A stretch of DNA of 52,738 bases, taken from an uncultured Clostridia bacterium (GTDB lineage: Bacteria; Bacillota_I; Bacilli_A; RF39; UBA660). Numbering within the stretch: the stretch's first letter is position 1; every line of letters begins with the position of its first letter. Where the stretch lies: assembly GCA_946619755.1 (NCBI GenBank), contig CAMOMI010000003.1:1-52738 (forward strand), in the 5' to 3' direction. The translations under genes were made by a program, and so were the position numbers. Positions 9,972 through 17,701 of this stretch are shown one piece after another. The notes below the pieces were generated by a model. That model worked only from the letters and a program-made list of their open reading frames with translations. It was not told where the DNA came from and ran no database searches.

Positions 9972-11507
9972 ATGGAAAAAGAAAAATATTATATTACTAC
10001 CCCAATTTATTATCCAAGTGCTAATTTTCATATTGGACATTGTTATACGACTATTATTTCAGATGCAATTGCAAGATACAAAAGGTTATGTGGTTATGAT
10101 GTTTTTTATTTAACAGGCACTGATGAACATGGTCAAAAAATTCAAAAAAAGGCAGAAGAAGTTGGAGTTACTCCTCAACAATATGTTGATGAAATTGTAG
10201 AAAATGCAAAAGATTTGTGGAAAAGTTTGAAAATTAGTTATGATAAGTTTATTAGAACAACAGATGAAGAACATGTTAAATGTGTCCAAAAAATATTTGA
10301 AAAATTATATGATAAAGGGGATATTTATAAAGGTGAATATAAAGGATTATATTGTACACCATGTGAATCATTTTGGACTGAAAATCAATTAGTTGATGGA
10401 AAATGTCCTGATTGTGGTAGAGAAGTTAATATGGTAACTGAGGAAGCCTATTTCTTTAGGTTATCAAAATATCAAGATAGATTAATAAAGTATTATGATG
10501 ATAATCCACATTTTATTGAGCCAGAATCTAGAAAAAATGAAATGATTAACAATTTTATTAAACCTGGACTTGAAGATTTATGTGTATCTAGAACTTCTTT
10601 TGATTGGGGTATTCCTGTTACATTTGATGATAAACATGTTGTATATGTTTGGATTGATGCATTATCAAATTATATTTCTGCCTTGGGATATTTAAGTGAT
10701 GATGATTCTTTATATAAGAAATATTGGCCTGCTAATTTGCATATAGTCGGAAAAGAAATAGTTAGATTTCACACGATTATATGGCCAATTATGTTAATGG
10801 CATTAGATTTACCACTACCGAAGATGGTATTCGGACATGGATGGTTAGTTATTGATGGTGGAAAGATTTCTAAGAGTTTAGGAAATTATAAGGATCCACG
10901 TGAATATATTGATAGTTATGGTGTTGATGCTGTTAGGTATTTTGTTTTAAGAGAAGTCCCATTTGGTAGTGATGGTAATTTTTCGGAAGAAGCATTAATA
11001 AATAGAACAAATGGTGATTTAGCTAATATTTTAGGTAATTTAGTTAATAGAACAATTGGTATGATTAATAAATATTTTGATGGAATTGTTGAAGACACTT
11101 CTATTAAAGAAGATATTGATAATTCTTTAATTAATGAAACTTTAGAACTTAAAGATAAAGTTAATAAATATATGGATTCTTTAGAGGTATCTAAGGCTCT
11201 AGAAGCAATTTTTGATTTACTTAGAAGTTGTAATAAATATATTGACGAAACAACACCTTGGGTACTTGTCAAAGATGAAAGTAAGCATGATAGGCTAAAA
11301 ACGGTTCTTTATAATTTGGTTGAGACAATTAGAATTGCAACAGTCTTACTTCAAGCATATTTACCTGATACTGCAGAAAGTATTTTTAGACAATTAAATA
11401 CAAATATAACTGGATATGATTCTATTTCTACGTTTGGTAAATATAAGAGTGGTACTAAAGTGAATTCACCAGAGGTTTTATTTAAGCGGATTGAAAAAGA
11501 AAAATAG
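9972..11507 (+). CDS. metG: Methionyl-tRNA synthetase (short form lacking the C-terminal tRNA-binding domain)
   Basis: YITTPIYY, HIGH, TGTDEHG, single CxxC..CxxC knuckle, KISKS. Confidence 0.97.
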   Translation: MEKEKYYITTPIYYPSANFHIGHCYTTIISDAIARYKRLCGYDVFYLTGTDEHGQKIQKKAEEVGVTPQQYVDEIVENAKDLWKSLKISYDKFIRTTDEEHVKCVQKIFEKLYDKGDIYKGEYKGLYCTPCESFWTENQLVDGKCPDCGREVNMVTEEAYFFRLSKYQDRLIKYYDDNPHFIEPESRKNEMINNFIKPGLEDLCVSRTSFDWGIPVTFDDKHVVYVWIDALSNYISALGYLSDDDSLYKKYWPANLHIVGKEIVRFHTIIWPIMLMALDLPLPKMVFGHGWLVIDGGKISKSLGNYKDPREYIDSYGVDAVRYFVLREVPFGSDGNFSEEALINRTNGDLANILGNLVNRTIGMINKYFDGIVEDTSIKEDIDNSLINETLELKDKVNKYMDSLEVSKALEAIFDLLRSCNKYIDETTPWVLVKDESKHDRLKTVLYNLVETIRIATVLLQAYLPDTAESIFRQLNTNITGYDSISTFGKYKSGTKVNSPEVLFKRIEKEK

Positions 11508-11533
11508 AATTACATTTTAATGTGATTCTTTTT
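11506..11533 (+). terminator. Terminator after metG
   Basis: AGAATTACA / TGTGATTCT plus T tract. Confidence 0.65.
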
Positions 11534-11639
11534 ATTTACAAGTAATGTCAAATTGTTTAAATCTTTTTTTCTTTATTTACAATTTTTTTTTTGTTTGTTA
11601 TATTTGAATGGTAGTCGCATTATGGAAAGGACGAAAAAA

Positions 11640-11807
11640 ATGTATAGCGATGAGTGCAAAAATTTTGCAGTATTAATATATTTTCTTTTTTTGGTAGTAT
11701 TTGTTTTATTTAATATTAAGAAAGGATTATGTTTTTTTGATATAATATATTTAGTTGTTTTGTTGTGTTCAATAATAAAGTATATAATAGTTATGCGAAA
11801 AAATTGA
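11640..11807 (+). CDS. Small two-helix membrane protein, unknown function (55 aa)
   Basis: GAAAGGA SD before ATG 11640; TTTACA-N17-TATATT promoter at 11576-11604; two hydrophobic stretches. Confidence 0.5.
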   Translation: MYSDECKNFAVLIYFLFLVVFVLFNIKKGLCFFDIIYLVVLLCSIIKYIIVMRKN

Positions 11808-11821
11808 AGGTAGGGATTTTG

Positions 11822-12571
11822 ATGATTGATACACATTGTCATATATATCAAGAATATTATGATGATATTCCTAAGGTAATTAATGAGATAAAAAATGCTG
11901 GAGTAGAGAAGATTATAGTTAATGGTTGCGATATGAAATCTAATTTAGAAGTATTGAAATTAGTTAAAGAGTACGATTGTGTCTATGGGGCAATTGGATT
12001 TCATCCAACAGAATTAGATGATAATATTGATAATAATTTGAGTTGGTTAAATGATCATATTAATGATAATAAAATTGTTGCTTTAGGAGAAATAGGTTTA
12101 GATTATCATTATGATAGTACTGATAAAAATAAGCAAATAATATATTTTAAGAAACAGTTAGAAATTGCCTCTAAAAATAAGAAACCTGTAATTGTTCATA
12201 CTAGAGATGCTATTCAAGACACATATGATATTCTATCTTGTTATGATGTTTCTGGTAGTATTCATGCTTTTAGTGGTAGTAAGGAAATGGCTCGTGAGTT
12301 TATTAAACTAGGTTTTTATATCGGTATAGGTGGAGTATCTACATATAAGAATGCTAAAAACATTATCTCAGTAATTGAAGATATTTCTTTAGCATACATT
12401 TTATTGGAGACGGACTCTCCATATTTAACTCCTGTACCTTATAGAGGGCAAACTAATAGTCCAGCATATTTACCAATAATAGCTAAAAAAATTGGTGATA
12501 TTAAAAATGTTTCTTACGCAGATGTTATAAGGGTTACAACTGATAATGCTTTTTCATTGTTTGACTTTTAA
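11822..12571 (+). CDS. tatD: TatD family DNase
   Basis: IDTHCH, GFHP, GEIGLDY, HTRDA, ETDSPY. Confidence 0.96.
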   Translation: MIDTHCHIYQEYYDDIPKVINEIKNAGVEKIIVNGCDMKSNLEVLKLVKEYDCVYGAIGFHPTELDDNIDNNLSWLNDHINDNKIVALGEIGLDYHYDSTDKNKQIIYFKKQLEIASKNKKPVIVHTRDAIQDTYDILSCYDVSGSIHAFSGSKEMAREFIKLGFYIGIGGVSTYKNAKNIISVIEDISLAYILLETDSPYLTPVPYRGQTNSPAYLPIIAKKIGDIKNVSYADVIRVTTDNAFSLFDF

Positions 12572-12625
12572 GTTATTATATGTTAATATGATATTACCTA
12601 CGAATAATAAGAGGTGATTATACTT

Positions 12626-13402
12626 ATGAAGAGAACAATTCCTTCTTTAATTGTAATTGGTTGTCAATTACTTATAGTTGGTTTATTTTTCGGAACAGTA
12701 TTTAATGATGATGTTAAATTAGAAAAGCATGTAAGTACAATTCACAATGAGAATTTAAATAAAATTGCTACTTCAGTATCAATTCTTTTTAAAGAAGAGA
12801 ATGTTATGACTGATGAAGAACTTGAGGAAAAACTATCTAATATAACTTTAGAGGAACTTCCATCAACAGATGTTGTTGATAAAGATTTAAAAGAAAAAAA
12901 GGAAGAAGAAAAAAAAGAAGAAGAAATTAAAAGTACACCGCTTGTATCGGTTGATGCCAGCAAATATAATAGTAATGAGGAAATGGGATTTAAAGTTACT
13001 GAAGGTAATAAGACGTATACTCTTAGTGATTATGAATTTGATGTTGTTGTTGCTGTTGTTTCTGGTGAATTTGACAAAACTTACGATGATGCTTTAGGGG
13101 TTGTATCTGTTATTTTAAATAGATGTGATTCTCCAGAATGGAGAAGTTGGTCTGGAACGACACCTTATGCACAGGTTATAAGAAAAGGTCAATTTGAAGT
13201 TTATTTTGCTGGTATGTATTTAGCATATATGCCTGGAGGATCTCAATATGGTGGTCAAAAATATAATATTGCAAAACAGGCCGTAATTGATGGACTTAAT
13301 GGTATTAGAAATAACGAATATTTAGGTTTTAGAGCATGGTTTGTAACTAGTTATAGTGATAAATATATTGTTTATGGCGGAAATAGATATGGATATAATT
13401 AA
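12626..13402 (+). CDS. Membrane-anchored or secreted cell-wall hydrolase with SleB/CwlJ-like (Hydrolase_2) C-terminal domain
   Basis: N-terminal hydrophobic segment, K/E-rich linker, then VV.GE...GV.SVILNR...T...V...GQF as in SleB-type lytic transglycosylases; own TTGACT-N17-TAATAT promoter. Confidence 0.7.
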   Translation: MKRTIPSLIVIGCQLLIVGLFFGTVFNDDVKLEKHVSTIHNENLNKIATSVSILFKEENVMTDEELEEKLSNITLEELPSTDVVDKDLKEKKEEEKKEEEIKSTPLVSVDASKYNSNEEMGFKVTEGNKTYTLSDYEFDVVVAVVSGEFDKTYDDALGVVSVILNRCDSPEWRSWSGTTPYAQVIRKGQFEVYFAGMYLAYMPGGSQYGGQKYNIAKQAVIDGLNGIRNNEYLGFRAWFVTSYSDKYIVYGGNRYGYN

Positions 13403-13424
13403 GATGGTTAATACCATCTTTTTT
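13401..13424 (+). terminator. Terminator after the hydrolase gene
   Basis: AAGATGGT-taat-ACCATCTT plus T run. Confidence 0.75.
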
Positions 13425-13473
13425 CTTGACTTTAATTTTGTTTGTTTATACAATACTAATATGAGGGGATATT

Positions 13474-14256
13474 ATGAATAATTTTGAATATAAAAAGTCT
13501 TTAGGACAGAATTTTATTAAAGACGATAATATTACTGATAAAATAGTTAGATATAGTGATATAGATAAGGATACTTTGGTAATTGAGATTGGGCCTGGTG
13601 CAGGCAGTTTATCTAAGAAAATTATTCCATTATCAGGTTATACTATTCTTTATGAAATTGATACTAGGCTTCAACCAATATTAAACGATTTGTTGATTGA
13701 TTATAATAATTATGAAATAATTTTTGGCGATTTTTTAGATCAAGATTTAAGTATGATTAGAGAAAAGTACCATTATAAAAAAGTATTTGTTGTGGCTAAT
13801 TTGCCATATTATATTACTAGTCCAATTATTACTAAGTTATTAAATGAATTATATCCTGATAAAATGATTATTATGGTTCAAGAAGAAGTTGCTAACAGAT
13901 TATGTGCCAAAAATGGTAATAGGGAATATGGAATGATTTCTGTATTGCTTGGTTCTAGATATAATATAATCAAATTGTTTAAAGTAAATCGTAATTGTTT
14001 TATTCCGTCACCAAATGTAGATAGTGCAGTTATTTCTCTTGAAAAAAATGATATATTATTGGATGTATGTAAAAAAAAGTTTGAAGAATTGATAAGAGAT
14101 GCATTTCAGTTTAAAAGGAAGAATTTAAGAAATAATTTAAGAAAATATAATTTGGAAAAAATTTCTGATGTCTTAAAAAGATTTAATTATGATTTGGGTA
14201 ATCGAGCCGAAGATTTACCAATTGAAGTATTTATAGAAATAGCTAAAGTTATTTAG
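13474..14256 (+). CDS. rsmA: 16S rRNA dimethyltransferase RsmA/KsgA
   Basis: KKSLGQNF, EIGPG.G, ANLPYYI, MVQ.EVA.R, P.P.VDS; TTGACT-N17-TACAAT promoter at 13426-13454. Confidence 0.97.
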   Translation: MNNFEYKKSLGQNFIKDDNITDKIVRYSDIDKDTLVIEIGPGAGSLSKKIIPLSGYTILYEIDTRLQPILNDLLIDYNNYEIIFGDFLDQDLSMIREKYHYKKVFVVANLPYYITSPIITKLLNELYPDKMIIMVQEEVANRLCAKNGNREYGMISVLLGSRYNIIKLFKVNRNCFIPSPNVDSAVISLEKNDILLDVCKKKFEELIRDAFQFKRKNLRNNLRKYNLEKISDVLKRFNYDLGNRAEDLPIEVFIEIAKVI

Positions 14257-14325
14257 TTATTTTTTCTTTTTACTTGAATGTCTTCTTTAATTATGTTATA
14301 TTTAAATAGGAAAGTATGGTGAAAT

Positions 14326-15267
14326 ATGAATAGAATTGTAATTGCATTGGGTGGAAATGCATTAGGAAAAGATCCACATGAACAACTTAAATTGCTTGAA
14401 AGTGTTGCTAAGATTATTGTTTCTTTAGTTAAACAAGGTAATCAGATTGTTTTGACACATGGTAATGGTCCACAAGTTGGTCAGATTCTTTTAGCAATGG
14501 ATTATTCAGCTAATGGAGAGGTCAAAACGCCTGATATGCCATTTGCTGAATGTGGCAGCATGAGCCAGGGGTATATTGGTTATCAATTACAACAATGTTT
14601 ACAAGATGAACTTGAAAGGCAAAAAATTAAAAAAGATTGTGCAACTTTAATTACACAAGTGTTAGTAGATCCAAATGATAGCGCTTTTCAAAATCCTTCA
14701 AAACCTATTGGAATGTTTTATAGTAAGGAAGAAGCCGATAAAATTATTTCTGAAAAGGGGTATACGTTTGTAGAAGACGCTGGAAGAGGATATCGTAGGG
14801 TTGTACCTTCTCCAAAACCTATTGATATTATTGAAAAAAATGTTATTAAACAATTGGTTGAAAATGATACTATCGTTATAGCATGTGGTGGTGGAGGAAT
14901 ACCTGTTATTAAGACTGATAAAATTGAACTTTTAGAAGGAGTTGCTGCGGTTATTGATAAAGATCGTTCAGCAGCTTTGTTAGCAAAAGAAATAGGAGCT
15001 GATATGTTATTAATATTAACGGCTGTTGATAAGGTATGTTTAAATTATAATACAGATAGTGAACAGCAATTGGATGAATTAACTGTATCTGAAGCAAATA
15101 AATATATTGAATCTGGTCATTTTGCTAAAGGTAGTATGTTACCAAAGATAGAAGCTTGCATTGATTTTGTTAGGGGAGATAAATCTAAAAAGGCTATTAT
15201 TGGTTCATTAGAAAAGGCTAGTGAAGCAATTACTGGTAATAGCGGAACAGTTATAAAAGAAGGTTAA
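14326..15267 (+). CDS. arcC: Carbamate kinase
   Basis: VIALGGNAL, THGNGPQVG, KPIG, RRVVPSP, GGGGIPV, VIDKD, GSMLPK. Confidence 0.95.
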   Translation: MNRIVIALGGNALGKDPHEQLKLLESVAKIIVSLVKQGNQIVLTHGNGPQVGQILLAMDYSANGEVKTPDMPFAECGSMSQGYIGYQLQQCLQDELERQKIKKDCATLITQVLVDPNDSAFQNPSKPIGMFYSKEEADKIISEKGYTFVEDAGRGYRRVVPSPKPIDIIEKNVIKQLVENDTIVIACGGGGIPVIKTDKIELLEGVAAVIDKDRSAALLAKEIGADMLLILTAVDKVCLNYNTDSEQQLDELTVSEANKYIESGHFAKGSMLPKIEACIDFVRGDKSKKAIIGSLEKASEAITGNSGTVIKEG

Positions 15268-15279
15268 TCTTCTTTTTTT
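15255..15279 (+). terminator. Terminator overlapping the arcC stop
   Basis: AAAAGAAG / CTTCTTTT stem plus T run. Confidence 0.6.
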
Positions 15280-15280
15280 G

Positions 15281-15308
15281 TGATATTTATTTTTTTTAAA
15301 CATATTAT
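15281..15308 (+). promoter_or_regulatory. Mother-cell (sigE-like) promoter of yabG
   Basis: TGATATT-N13-CATATTAT, near-identical to the yabP and bofA upstream sequences. Confidence 0.55.
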
Positions 15309-15323
15309 TTATTAGGTGATTAT

Positions 15324-16082
15324 ATGCTTAATATTGGGGATTTTGTTACTCGCAATTCTTATAATAATGATATTATATTTAAAATTACTGATATAAAAAA
15401 TGACTTGTACTATTTAAAGGGAGTTTCAGTTAGATTATATGCAGATAGTCTCAAGGATGATTTAGTTCTTTGTAAAGATGAAAGAGATGTTGATAACTTT
15501 AAGCCAGATATTCTTGACTATCGTGATTTGGATAGAAATGAATATTTTTATCTTCCTGGTAGAATATTGCATTTAGATGGAGATAAAGAGTATTTAGATA
15601 GGTGTATGACTTTTTATAAGGATAATAAAATTAAAGCTTATGGTCTATATGTTCCTGAAGAAGAAATGTCAAATAATGTGACAAATTTACTTAATAAATA
15701 TAATCCTGATATATTAGTGCTTACTGGTCATGATTCTTTTTCTAGGAATAAGAAAGATAAGTATAGAAATACTTCATCATTTGTTTCGTCGGTAATGGAA
15801 GCTCGTAAATACGAGAAATCGCATGAAAAACTTTTTATTGTAGCTGGAGCATGTCAATCTAATTATGAAGATTTAATTAAAGCTGGTGCTAATTTTGCAT
15901 CTAGTCCGAAAAGAATTAATATTCATGCTTTAGATCCGGCAATTGTGGCAGCTTGTATTTCTTTTTCAAATAAAAATGAAAATATTAATATAATTAAAAT
16001 TTTGGATAAAACAAAATATGGTTCTTCTGGAATGGGTGGAATTATTACTAAAGGATCAATGTATATAGGATATCCAAGATAA
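15324..16082 (+). CDS. yabG: Sporulation peptidase YabG
   Basis: V.R.SY..DI.F, RL.AD, PG.ILHLDGD, PDILV.TGHD, AGACQS, GANFASSP. Confidence 0.95.
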   Translation: MLNIGDFVTRNSYNNDIIFKITDIKNDLYYLKGVSVRLYADSLKDDLVLCKDERDVDNFKPDILDYRDLDRNEYFYLPGRILHLDGDKEYLDRCMTFYKDNKIKAYGLYVPEEEMSNNVTNLLNKYNPDILVLTGHDSFSRNKKDKYRNTSSFVSSVMEARKYEKSHEKLFIVAGACQSNYEDLIKAGANFASSPKRINIHALDPAIVAACISFSNKNENINIIKILDKTKYGSSGMGGIITKGSMYIGYPR

Positions 16083-16294
16083 TGAATATTAATTATATAA
16101 AACGATATTTGATGATTAAAATTGGTTCACCTGTTATCATAATTTATTATGGCAGTAGAAATAAAAAAGAAAAATATATGGGTATTTTAAGTAAAATATA
16201 TAATAATGTTTTTATTGTTAAACTTTATAATGGTGATATTAAAAGTTTTTCATATAATGATATTTTAACAAAAACTGTTCAATTATACATATAA
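16082..16294 (+). CDS. veg: Veg family protein (DUF1021)
   Basis: I..IK....IG..V.....GSR.K....G.L...Y..VF.V, SFSY.DILT..V; yabG-veg synteny, TAATG overlap. Confidence 0.88.
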   Translation: MNINYIKRYLMIKIGSPVIIIYYGSRNKKEKYMGILSKIYNNVFIVKLYNGDIKSFSYNDILTKTVQLYI

Positions 16295-16381
16295 TTACGA
16301 CAAATCACTTGACTTTTGATAATGAATTCTTGTACAATGTATTTAGAAAATGTTATTTTCTAGAAGAGGAGTGTAGACAGA

Positions 16382-16639
16382 ATGAAGATTACTTCAGTTA
16401 CAGTTAAAAAGATTGACAAAGAAAATTCAAGAATGAAAGGAATTGCTTCAGTACTTATTGATGATTGTTTTGCAGTACATGATATTAGAATTATTGAAGG
16501 TGATAATGGTCTATTTATTGCTATGCCAAGTAGACAAACATCTACAGGTGGTTATAGAGATATAGCTCATCCAATTAATTCTGAAACTCGTCAAGTTTTT
16601 GAAAAAGAAATTATTGAAGCTTATGAAAAAGCAGAATAA
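16382..16639 (+). CDS. spoVG: Septation regulator SpoVG
   Basis: [35 protein letters not shown]. Confidence 0.97.
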   Translation: MKITSVTVKKIDKENSRMKGIASVLIDDCFAVHDIRIIEGDNGLFIAMPSRQTSTGGYRDIAHPINSETRQVFEKEIIEAYEKAE

Positions 16640-16658
16640 CACCATTTGGTGTTTTTTT
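16638..16658 (+). terminator. Terminator after spoVG
   Basis: AACACC-attt-GGTGTT plus T run. Confidence 0.7.
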
Positions 16659-16664
16659 CTTTAG

Positions 16665-16692
16665 TCATATTATTATAAAAATATCATATTAT
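16665..16692 (+). promoter_or_regulatory. sigE-type promoter of yabPQ
   Basis: TCATATT-N13-CATATTAT; yabPQ is sigE-controlled in B. subtilis. Confidence 0.65.
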
Positions 16693-16707
16693 TAATTAGG
16701 TGATAAA

Positions 16708-17001
16708 ATGGACAAGGTTAAAGAAATGGAAGCTAGTTTTAATCATGGTATTACTCTGGCTGAGAGAAAAAACGTTGTTGTTACAGGGGTAAAAAAAATA
16801 GAAAGTTTTGATAGTGAAGAGTTTTTAATGGATACGACATTGGGCTTTTTACATATTAAAGGAAGTGATCTTGAAATAATTAAATTAGACACTTATCAAG
16901 GTAATGTATCAATTAAGGGTAAGATTGATAGTTTAACCTATATGGATGGTGGTCTTACAAAAAGTAAAGAAGAATCATTTTTAGGTAAGTTGTTTAAGTA
17001 A
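16708..17001 (+). CDS. yabP: Sporulation protein YabP
   Basis: H.I.L.ERK...VTGV..IESFD, T.LG.L.IKG..L, C-terminal FLGKLFK. Confidence 0.95.
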   Translation: MDKVKEMEASFNHGITLAERKNVVVTGVKKIESFDSEEFLMDTTLGFLHIKGSDLEIIKLDTYQGNVSIKGKIDSLTYMDGGLTKSKEESFLGKLFK

Positions 17002-17282
17002 TGAGACTTAATATACAGATATTTTCCTTGATTTTTTCATTGTTATTTGGCCTTTTGTTTTATTTTTTGCTAGATATTTTTAATGTATATAGTAAAAAAA
17101 TACAAATTGTATTAAAAATTATTTTTTCACTATTGTTCTGTTTGCTTATGGCTATTATATATTTTTGTGGGCTTTTATATATAAATAATGGATATTTACA
17201 TTTTTATTTCTTCGTTTTTATAATGGTTGGTTATTTATTTGGTTATTTTATAAAAAACTATTGGTTTACACATATCAAATAA
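17001..17282 (+). CDS. yabQ: Spore cortex protein YabQ, short form
   Basis: Q...L....FG....F.LD, L..INNG.L..Y; hydrophobic; yabP-yabQ-divIC synteny. Confidence 0.78.
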   Translation: MRLNIQIFSLIFSLLFGLLFYFLLDIFNVYSKKIQIVLKIIFSLLFCLLMAIIYFCGLLYINNGYLHFYFFVFIMVGYLFGYFIKNYWFTHIK

Positions 17283-17372
17283 AATAGTTAAATTTAAATT
17301 GATTTACGTTGTGATTATTAAATTACTATGATATAATGTGTTTGTATATTAGAAAGATAGGCGGTGATACAG

Positions 17373-17672
17373 ATGGGTAAGAAAAAGAAAAAAGCATCTA
17401 AGCATAAGATTAGGTTATTCTTGGCTTTTGTTGTTTTTGGAAGTATTACAGCTGTCTTAGGTTATAATTTGTATACTAATGTAATGAGTATTAATAGGAT
17501 GCAAGTTGAGAAACGTGAATTAAAAACAAAGATTGCTTCTTTAGAGGAAGAAAAAAAAGTATTGGAATCAGATATTAAAAAGTTAGAAGATTCTGATTAT
17601 ATAGCTAAGTATGTTAGAGAAAAGTATTTTTATTCTAAAGATGGTGAATTAATACTTAGAATGGATGATTAA
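17373..17672 (+). CDS. divIC: Septum formation initiator DivIC/FtsB
   Basis: Basic N-terminus, TM helix, coiled coil, L.DSDYIAKYVREKY...KDGE. Confidence 0.92.
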   Translation: MGKKKKKASKHKIRLFLAFVVFGSITAVLGYNLYTNVMSINRMQVEKRELKTKIASLEEEKKVLESDIKKLEDSDYIAKYVREKYFYSKDGELILRMDD

Positions 17673-17701
17673 AAAAGTGATGAATTATTCATCACTTTTT
17701 T
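17671..17701. terminator. Bidirectional terminator between convergent divIC and ftsH
   Basis: Perfect 15-bp inverted repeat AAAAAAGTGATGAAT / ATTCATCACTTTTTT. Confidence 0.8.

Noticed and set aside
9931-10113. 60-aa ORF overlapping the T-box end and metG start
   Set aside because: Out-of-frame overlap with metG, no SD; explained by the T-box and metG
11573-11851. 92-aa minus-strand ORF
   Set aside because: Antisense to the small membrane ORF and the tatD start; no SD; K/N-rich mirror of T-rich DNA
12581-12597. WalR-box-like TGTTAA-N5-TATTAC before the hydrolase gene
   Set aside because: Second half-site is mismatched and the first is simply the extended -10
12890-12930. A/G-rich repetitive run in the hydrolase linker
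   Set aside because: Low-complexity Lys/Glu coding, not a tandem DNA repeat or phase-variable tract
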